From a virus, in the IMG/VR virus record IMGVR_UViG_3300042305_001483: DNA of 64,000 bases; one strand, written 5' to 3'. The translations under genes were made by a program, and so were the position numbers. This document shows, in pieces, positions 41,901 through 48,038 of the stretch (the stretch's first letter is position 1; every line of letters begins with the position of its first letter). Below the pieces are notes generated by a model. It saw nothing but the letters and a program-made list of their open reading frames with translations, made no database searches and was not told the DNA's origin.

Positions 41901-42151
41901 ATTTAGTTTCATTTAAAGGTTCTAGCGAAACATGGAAAGTAATAGCAGTTAATTTAGATCGATCTAAAGCAAAAATAAAATCAGTTGACACAGGAATGAT
42001 TCATAAATTCGACACTGAAAATCTTTATAAAATTAATAATAAAGATTATACATCAGAAACTAGATTGTTTAATGCACTATTAAGGTTAAATTTTACCAAT
42101 GAAACAGTATTACATCACTCAAGAAAATATCGCACAAGACAGCCCCGATGA
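38894..42151 (+). CDS. multidomain protein: Pol-beta-like NTase + ligase-like (KxDG) domain + HIGH-family nucleotidyltransferase
   Basis: GS…VGDIDVQ…QID…GIKG; NLKVDG…EG.V; GSFAGHRGH…VGEDR…GVSTTQMR. Confidence 0.7.
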   Translation: MKIFEIINIFQNKKLTEGGNAQVADRDNPEIVYSAEKIDLEKTNRTQAANLVKQTINALNQSFQSIYKEPIFGEELFKSNEYLSGSSKHFFNTAGISDQEFTKYKQKVGDIDVQCDVDQKPQIQKFLDDHYKQQFGPGRLLGYSSSAEQFNSIFRIDEIGLNVQIDFEFGQYDKELGHPTEWYKFSHSSEWDDITAGIKGVFHKWIYRALPAAKVTPKHIAAYKGSGKNRAINIEPEPTQSKDISFAVGSSQGGGASYKFSPYLDPQTGKPMDIKGVPVQQELPSAQRTYIQNLDQQFEMFFGVQPSGNDKTLQKSYVGTLELMNKYLDQSQITAAFEEFIKICFDEAAQMIDRDNPESDAEAKFAAIDKGLEILKISNKKQLRDQAVAMAKIYSDEYFDLQQFKKWFDSLPKEKQDAINVTSKGAARKDIQYNSLRKKLKAAGQWPINVLTEEDAKPNYGRQGIEHIYSRRPDGTPSSTEMKPAAFVELCDEIAQLGGNLDNIQINLKVDGMGMRFGKDESGEPFFITSSRSDPVRLKDVGSFLAYNQELVKKGELDPNSELGKAAIARAINYDKAAETILKSKFIQTLPPDTIVQAEMMYDSNMTPDSQGFKTFVNIPYDVKKLGKVMTLAPFMVKKYSTKERIPDEQNIIKKLLSTSDSNIKIISNELDQSGINVGKIIAPVVNLPADLRATLTSRKPADRAIRDAQVIPVLDKARAELSKAIIDSPKLKGMDMLGPYNEGIVGNMPSGRLFKVTSPLMKEKILQKQSFGSVEKRSAVVAMGSFAGHRGHEQLISIAIDRANKEGATPFVYVGGKVGPDDPFPVETKLETLRKLFPGVGILSVDAQFDLQTDKATIGQFGKKVEYELMKKPPYFNHIIIAVGEDRKAFADGLVAWATNRFGNHPNLKHVKWEEDISSRNEEAGGTGVSTTQMRNALKTMPENQALQIWSKGFNVEKLGVEYIKHLMDVARKNMNIQPPAAAPVVESSIFDPVPGKINVGDLVSFKGSSETWKVIAVNLDRSKAKIKSVDTGMIHKFDTENLYKINNKDYTSETRLFNALLRLNFTNETVLHHSRKYRTRQPR

Positions 42152-42407
42152 TTGCTATCTTGCACCCGACGATCCCGCACATCAAATAAAAAGACTTCAG
42201 TTTTTAGGAGGTCTAGGCGGACAAGCAAGATTAGCGGAATATAATCAACAGACTGCGCAATCTAGATTAAATCAAGGTGGTAACATTACAACAACCGCAG
42301 CAGAAAATGCTCGTATTATGCGTGAAAAAAATATTCAGCCAGGAACAGAAGAATGGTTTAAACTTTGGTTCAGTAAACCCTACCTAACTGGCGAACGTAA
42401 AATTTAA
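42099..42407 (+). CDS. hypothetical phage protein
   Basis: IQPGTEEWFKLWF motif. Confidence 0.75.
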   Translation: MKQYYITQENIAQDSPDDCYLAPDDPAHQIKRLQFLGGLGGQARLAEYNQQTAQSRLNQGGNITTTAAENARIMREKNIQPGTEEWFKLWFSKPYLTGERKI

Positions 42408-42420
42408 TAAATATACGATC

Positions 42421-42855
42421 ATGGAACAATTACACCAATTAGCAAAAATAGCATTTGCCAGCGAGTTTAGTTTTTATCTAAAAGCACACCAATTCCATTG
42501 GAACGTAGAAGGTATGTTTTTTGAACCTTTGCATAATCTATTTGGTAAAATTTACGAAGAAGTTTATGAAAGCATAGATGTGTTTGCTGAACAAATTCGT
42601 AGTTTAGATACATATATGCCCGGCAGTTACACTAGACTTAATATGTTAACACAAGTCGAAGACGAAACAGAAATCTTCGACGGTAAGCAAATGGTTGCTG
42701 AATTGCTTAAAGATAATGAAAAAATGAAAGTTATCTTAAAGAAATTGTTCGAAGTCAGTGAAGCAGCAGGCGAACATGGATTTAGTGATTTTATTGCTAG
42801 TAGATTAGATGCTCATGCTAAACACGGTTGGATGTTAAAGGCAACACTTAAATGA
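42421..42855 (+). CDS. dps: Dps / ferritin-like DNA-protection protein
   Basis: HQFHWNVEG..F..LH, D..AE.IR, H.KHGWML. Confidence 0.93.
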   Translation: MEQLHQLAKIAFASEFSFYLKAHQFHWNVEGMFFEPLHNLFGKIYEEVYESIDVFAEQIRSLDTYMPGSYTRLNMLTQVEDETEIFDGKQMVAELLKDNEKMKVILKKLFEVSEAAGEHGFSDFIASRLDAHAKHGWMLKATLK

Positions 42856-43217
42856 GAGCACGCGAATTCATGGTTGAACGCAAAGGCGGAAAAATGACCA
42901 AGCGTCAACAAAATCCTACCCGCGGCGTTAACAAATACACTGATGACGATAAGTGGAATAGCGATTACAAATTATATAGATTGGGCTTGGCACTGGCTGC
43001 AACTGATGGAAAAACAATGCCAGAGATGGATGAAGAAAGTTGGATCGGTAGATATAAAAGTCTACATCCATATAGTCAATGTGATCAAGATATGATCAAT
43101 GTTGCGGCTAAAGTAGCCGGAGTTAATATACACGATGTAAACAAAGGTGACATGAGAAGTCAAGAAACACCAGATACTTATACAGTAAGTCCAGTGGCGA
43201 ATTGGAGTAAAAAATGA
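42852..43217 (+). CDS. putative internal head protein
   Basis: MRAREFMVE resembles the T4 internal-protein targeting sequence MKTYQEFIAE. Confidence 0.7.
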   Translation: MRAREFMVERKGGKMTKRQQNPTRGVNKYTDDDKWNSDYKLYRLGLALAATDGKTMPEMDEESWIGRYKSLHPYSQCDQDMINVAAKVAGVNIHDVNKGDMRSQETPDTYTVSPVANWSKK

Positions 43218-45163
43218 ACGAAGAATTTAAAAAAGTTAAATTACCTAATGAAACTAGGTACGTTTTAGAAACAACAACTGCAGGTGCTATTGGAACGAAT
43301 AGTATTGCTACTGCGGAAAAACCCCTAGGTGAACTTCAAAGACGACAGACAATTTCTGTGCCTGTTAATCAGAAGCCTCGTCAAGGTCCGATGAAATCAC
43401 AGACCGGTGCAGGTGCGCATCGTGATAAGAAAAAAGAACAAAAACAAGGTAAAGAAAAACATCGTAAGCCTTTTGATGAAGAGAAAGGTGTAGCAGAAGG
43501 AATTGAACAAGCCGATCTAAGTCCAGAGGTTATTGAAATATCCAAGGATCTTTATAAATCCTTGCGTCGTTCAGCCAGAGATTCGTTACGAGCCAAAAAA
43601 ACTATGTTAGTTATTAAGATAACCCGTGAATTGACCCCTCAAGAAAAAAAACTAGTAGATGACACTATGAATCAATCTGGTATTGAGTATCAGATCAAAA
43701 ATAATGTAAACGATTATGTGTATGGAACCTATAAAAATACATTAATCGGTATACCATATACACAATCTACTACGGAACAAGGTGTGGCGGAAACAACAGG
43801 TGACGAAAAATTTGATAAATCAATGAGAAAAATGACTGGAAAAATTACTCCAGGCGATGCTGACGAGATGTGGCCGACACAAGAATTTGAACCAGTTGAT
43901 CTTGATCCATCATACTTGCCAAGTATGGAAAAATACAAGGCAAAATTATTTCCATTGGCTTACCAATACTGGACTGACGGCGACAATGCAGATGAATTAA
44001 GGGCATTAGGATGGGAACCCGATTATGGCGACGACTATGTTATGGTGGTGCTGTCTGGCATCGGACACGACGGTCACATTCAATACGACAAATATGATTT
44101 TGATGCTGAAGATGAAAACAATGAAGGTGTGGCGGAAGGCGATCAAGAACCTGACCACGAAATTAGCATGGCCAGCAACGAACTCCAAAGTATCATGTCT
44201 GATGCTAAAAAATTATTAGTTCTAATCAAACGTTATAGCGAGATGGAAGGGCTAGAAGCATGGCAACAAAGTAAAATTACTAAATCGGCAGATTATTTAA
44301 CTGCTGTATTGCGCAGCATCGGTGGAGAACAAGGTGCGTTAGAATCTCAAGTTAATGAGTACGAAACCCACACTTATAAAGATAGTCAAGGCAATGTATG
44401 GCGTGTCAACGACGAGGGCGAAAAAGAATTACTTCGTGGAGCACCGGGCAGTAGTTATGGCGGTAGCAGATATGGATCAAGATATCCTAGTAGATCATAT
44501 TCAAAGCCTTCAGGAATGTATTTTTATAACGTAAAACCTGGGCAAGAAAATGATGCACAATCTGCTGGTTTAAAACAAAGCAAAAGTGGAAAATGGTATT
44601 CGACTTATCAAAATTCACAAGCAGATAAATTATTTGGTCCAGGAAAGTTTTGGCAACCAAAAAATGAAGCAAGTGTAGCGGAAGGTATGAATTCTTTATC
44701 ATTCTGGAAGCGTGAAGCACAAAAGGCCGGTGGTGCTGCCAATATTGATTGGTATGCTATTGGCGTCGAACACGGCAAACAAGGTATTGTAATGAATCCT
44801 CCATATGGTGTAGGCGCTAAAGCCGTAACATTATACGGCAAAGGATTAGATGCCGGTCAGCAAGGTGTAGCGGAAGGCAAGAAAAAAGGTGTAGATGGTA
44901 AAGCCTGCTGGAAAGGTTACAAACGTATGGGCACTAAAAAGAAAGGTGGCCGCACTGTAGACAACTGTGTACCAGTAGGCGAGGATTCTTATATCGAAAG
45001 TCTTATGAATCAACTATATGAAAAGGCTCCTCCAGGAGACAAATATGAACGTATAGTCAAGCATATTAAAGCAGGATATAGAAAAGACGGTAAACTAACT
45101 GATGTAGAAAAACGCAAGGCCTACGGTGCTGCTTGGAAGGCAAAAAATAAATCAAAAAAGTAA
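43214..45163 (+). CDS. modular putative polyprotein with repeated GVAE(G) linkers
   Basis: Five (G/S)VAE motifs separating compositionally distinct modules. Confidence 0.8.
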   Translation: MNEEFKKVKLPNETRYVLETTTAGAIGTNSIATAEKPLGELQRRQTISVPVNQKPRQGPMKSQTGAGAHRDKKKEQKQGKEKHRKPFDEEKGVAEGIEQADLSPEVIEISKDLYKSLRRSARDSLRAKKTMLVIKITRELTPQEKKLVDDTMNQSGIEYQIKNNVNDYVYGTYKNTLIGIPYTQSTTEQGVAETTGDEKFDKSMRKMTGKITPGDADEMWPTQEFEPVDLDPSYLPSMEKYKAKLFPLAYQYWTDGDNADELRALGWEPDYGDDYVMVVLSGIGHDGHIQYDKYDFDAEDENNEGVAEGDQEPDHEISMASNELQSIMSDAKKLLVLIKRYSEMEGLEAWQQSKITKSADYLTAVLRSIGGEQGALESQVNEYETHTYKDSQGNVWRVNDEGEKELLRGAPGSSYGGSRYGSRYPSRSYSKPSGMYFYNVKPGQENDAQSAGLKQSKSGKWYSTYQNSQADKLFGPGKFWQPKNEASVAEGMNSLSFWKREAQKAGGAANIDWYAIGVEHGKQGIVMNPPYGVGAKAVTLYGKGLDAGQQGVAEGKKKGVDGKACWKGYKRMGTKKKGGRTVDNCVPVGEDSYIESLMNQLYEKAPPGDKYERIVKHIKAGYRKDGKLTDVEKRKAYGAAWKAKNKSKK

Positions 45164-45203
45164 GTGAGCAGGAACCGCAAGATCCGGCACAGGATCCTGC
45201 TCA
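45154..45203 (+). promoter_or_regulatory. predicted -1 programmed ribosomal frameshift signal
   Basis: In-frame A_AAA_AAG (45154-60) directly before the stop; 9-bp stem tgagcagga/tcctgctca 4 nt downstream. Confidence 0.7.
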
Positions 45204-45381
45204 AGATAAACCTAAATTAAAGCCGGCAGTAAAATTAACTCCTGCCGTGTCATTGGATCAATGGGAACAAACTTTTTTAGATGCTGACCCAGAAAGATAT
45301 CATCAATTTAGAAATAAAACTCCTGCTAAAAAAATTCAAATGGCACAGTCTGCTAGAAAACACGCTATTGAGAAAAACTGA
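45160..45381 (+). CDS. -1 frame extension (~73 aa) of the 43214 protein
   Basis: Open -1 frame VSEQEPQDPAQD…RKHAIEKN*; no start codon or SD at its 5' end; TGA overlaps next ATG. Confidence 0.65.
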   Translation, partial: VSEQEPQDPAQDPAQDKPKLKPAVKLTPAVSLDQWEQTFLDADPERYHQFRNKTPAKKIQMAQSARKHAIEKN

Positions 45382-45809
45382 TGAGAAATTTTATAACATT
45401 AGTCGAATCGGCAAATAAAGGTTGCCCAATTGCCACACATAACATAGATATTAATTTAAAAAATCGGCAAAAAGCCATAGACGAATATCACTACGGGCCA
45501 GCCAATCCCGATAAACCAGAAGATTATTGGAAAAAATCTGCTAAGATATTTGGAGTAAGTGAGACAACTGCTAAAACAATGCGATGCGGTAATTGTGCAG
45601 CATTCGATGTTAGCGATAGCATGAGGGAATGCATTGCAACTGGGATTAAAGGCAACGAAAAAAATATTGACCCAAACGCAACTATAAATCTCAGCGATCT
45701 AGGATATTGTAATTTTTTACATTTTAAATGTGCAGGTAGTCGCAGTTGTAAAGCATGGGTTACCGGAGGCCCAATTACTGAAAAAGATAAAGGTAAGAAA
45801 GCAGATTAA
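45381..45809 (+). CDS. Cys-rich putative internal head protein
   Basis: MRNFITLVES; CGNC…C…C…C…C. Confidence 0.75.
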   Translation: MRNFITLVESANKGCPIATHNIDINLKNRQKAIDEYHYGPANPDKPEDYWKKSAKIFGVSETTAKTMRCGNCAAFDVSDSMRECIATGIKGNEKNIDPNATINLSDLGYCNFLHFKCAGSRSCKAWVTGGPITEKDKGKKAD

Positions 45810-45810
45810 C

Positions 45811-46374
45811 ATGAGATTTAAAGAGTTAAATGAAATTAGTCCTCCGACCTTTAAGGGTAGTTTAACTCCCGATCTGCTAAAAAGTAAACTTTGGCTATGC
45901 CAAAATTTAAAAGTGTTAAATCGAGAAAAATTCTCAACAATTTATATATTAGGATCGTGGTACGGCACAATGGCAATAATGCTAGACCGATGCGGAATAA
46001 AATTTAAAAAAGTGATTAATGTTGATTTAGACAAAAATCATATTGCTATTTCTAAAAAAATACTTTCAGCATTAAAAATAAATCATCAGTGTATCCAAAA
46101 AGATGTTAACACGTTAAAATTTGAACAATTGGATAAAAACAGTCTAATTATTAACACTTCAATAAACGACATTAATGGAACAGAATGGTTTGATAAAATT
46201 CCAGATGGGACATTGATAGCACTACAAAGTAGAAACAATGCCAACGGAGTATACGATACATTAGAAGAATTAGATCAAGAATTTTTTCTTACTGATACCT
46301 TAGTTTTAGACGAAAAAACTTTCGAAGATCCAGAGACTCAATATCAAAGATTTATGAAAATTGGCATTAAATGA
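45811..46374 (+). CDS. class I SAM-dependent methyltransferase-like protein
   Basis: Start re-called to 45811 (MRFKELNE); ILGSWYG, VDLD, INTS. Confidence 0.6.
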   Translation: MRFKELNEISPPTFKGSLTPDLLKSKLWLCQNLKVLNREKFSTIYILGSWYGTMAIMLDRCGIKFKKVINVDLDKNHIAISKKILSALKINHQCIQKDVNTLKFEQLDKNSLIINTSINDINGTEWFDKIPDGTLIALQSRNNANGVYDTLEELDQEFFLTDTLVLDEKTFEDPETQYQRFMKIGIK

Positions 46375-46375
46375 T

Positions 46376-46405
46376 TTGACTTTAATCCTTTAATTTTTAT
46401 ATAAT
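46376..46405 (+). promoter_or_regulatory. sigma70-type promoter
   Basis: TTGACT-18-TATAAT. Confidence 0.65.
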
Positions 46406-46425
46406 TAAATTATTAAGGAGAAATT

Positions 46426-46695
46426 ATGAGTAAATCATTCGGGACCCCCGAGCAGGCCAAAATTAAACAAATTATTTCAGAAGGTGTTACTGTTCTACAA
46501 GAAATTCAAGATCTTACTGAAGGGCTAAATGAAACTATTAAAGCCGTTGCACAAGAGTTAGATGTTAAACCCAGTGTAATTCGAAAAGCAATTCGTATTG
46601 CACTTAAAGATCAATGGGATCAGGTATTCCGTGAATTTGATGACCTCGAAACTATTGTCGATATCAGCGGACATGCTAATCGCCGTGAAGACTAA
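46426..46695 (+). CDS. small dsDNA-binding protein (T4 DsbA/GapR-like)
   Basis: IKAVAQELDVKPSVIRKAIRIA helical pattern; TAAGGAG SD. Confidence 0.6.
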   Translation: MSKSFGTPEQAKIKQIISEGVTVLQEIQDLTEGLNETIKAVAQELDVKPSVIRKAIRIALKDQWDQVFREFDDLETIVDISGHANRRED

Positions 46696-46697
46696 AA

Positions 46698-46988
46698 ATG
46701 TTAGATTTGTTAAAGCCAACATTTGATTGGATTCGAGATGACTTTCGTTCTTATCCTTTTAGGTTCATTGTTGAGTTGGGTGCTTGGGCAATATCTATTG
46801 GTTGTGCAATCACAATGGCCCTTACAGTCCCAACGCCGCCGCTTCTCGTTCTATATCCTATTTGGATTACAGGTTGTGCTATGTACGCTTGGGCTGCTTA
46901 CACTCGTCAATCCTTCGGAATGCTCGCAAACTATCTATTACTTACCACAATCGATTCAGTGGGTTTAATTCGGATGTTAATACAATGA
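46698..46988 (+). CDS. small membrane protein (3 TM)
   Basis: Hydrophobic segments. Confidence 0.75.
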   Translation: MLDLLKPTFDWIRDDFRSYPFRFIVELGAWAISIGCAITMALTVPTPPLLVLYPIWITGCAMYAWAAYTRQSFGMLANYLLLTTIDSVGLIRMLIQ

Positions 46989-47089
46989 TTAGATTATTAA
47001 AATCACTTTTCCAAAAGTGGAGACAAAAAAAGCAATTAAAACAAAGAATTAAAGAATTGCGAAAAAGAGATCCATTTATCTATAAATGA
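46985..47089 (+). CDS. 34-aa basic protein (…KRDPFIYK)
   Basis: ATGA overlaps on both sides. Confidence 0.6.
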   Translation: MIRLLKSLFQKWRQKKQLKQRIKELRKRDPFIYK

Positions 47090-47961
47090 AAATTTTTGGA
47101 ATTAACGCACTCAATCACGACACAAGTATATGCGTGTTCGATAAAGACATACTTTTTCATAAAAAATCAAAAAACAGTCTTTATTTAACTAATGATCTTG
47201 TGGAAGAAGCAAAGAAATTTGGAAATCCAGATGTGATTGCGTGGTACGAAAACCCTTGGCTTAAAAAAACAAGACAGATCTATGCCGGTCAATTTAAAGA
47301 TGCATTATCTTTTAAAAATTTGCCGTCTGTATATCTAAAACAATTTAATTTAAATTCAATTCCTATTTTTTATGCACCCCATCATCTAAGTCATGCACAT
47401 TTTGGTGTTTATTCTAGCGGTTTTGATAATACGGCTGTACTAGTAGTAGATGCTATCGGAGAGTGGAATACTGTCAGCATTTGGAATTACAGTTATGGAA
47501 ATTTTGAACGTGTTATGGTTAAAAACTACCCATATAGTTTAGGTTTATTTTATTCAGCATTTACAGAGTTAATTGGATTAAAACCAGTTCGAGATGAATC
47601 TGTATTAATGAATATAAGTCAAAAAGGAAATCCTTGGATTTACCACGATAAAGTTAAATCTTATTTAGATAAAAATTTGCATAAAGGAATATGGGATTGG
47701 GACGTTAACACAAGTAATAGCAACGATACAATTAATATTGCGGCTTCGGTTCAGTTTGTGTTCGAGAAAGAAATTATTAAATTAGCCAATATTGCAAGGC
47801 AGTATAGTAATAAACTTGTATTTACTGGAGGTTGTGCGTATAATAAATTTGTACACAACAAAATTAAGATTTTATTCAAAGATTTTCATGTGCCAAATTT
47901 TCCCGGTGATGCCGGTTCTAGTATAGGTGCCGCTTTATATATCAGCAAAAAAATTCTATAA
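47086..47961 (+). CDS. carbamoyltransferase (NodU/CmcH) N-terminal domain only
   Basis: HDTS, HHLSHA, VDAIGE, SLGLFYS, GGCAYN, GDAGSSIGAA; lacks C-terminal domain. Confidence 0.85.
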   Translation: MKIFGINALNHDTSICVFDKDILFHKKSKNSLYLTNDLVEEAKKFGNPDVIAWYENPWLKKTRQIYAGQFKDALSFKNLPSVYLKQFNLNSIPIFYAPHHLSHAHFGVYSSGFDNTAVLVVDAIGEWNTVSIWNYSYGNFERVMVKNYPYSLGLFYSAFTELIGLKPVRDESVLMNISQKGNPWIYHDKVKSYLDKNLHKGIWDWDVNTSNSNDTINIAASVQFVFEKEIIKLANIARQYSNKLVFTGGCAYNKFVHNKIKILFKDFHVPNFPGDAGSSIGAALYISKKIL

Positions 47962-47976
47962 TAAATAATTTTGTTC

Positions 47977-48029
47977 AAGGTTAGCGAGCCATAATTCGCA
48001 TTATTAAGGTTAACCGGCCATAAACGGTA
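47977..48029 (+). promoter_or_regulatory. tandem structured RNA element in the DNA polymerase leader
   Basis: AAGGTTA-GCGA-GCCATAAT-TCGC-A and AAGGTTA-ACCG-GCCATAAA-CGGT-A; second copy abuts AGGAG. Confidence 0.7.
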
Positions 48030-48038
48030 GGAGAAAAA

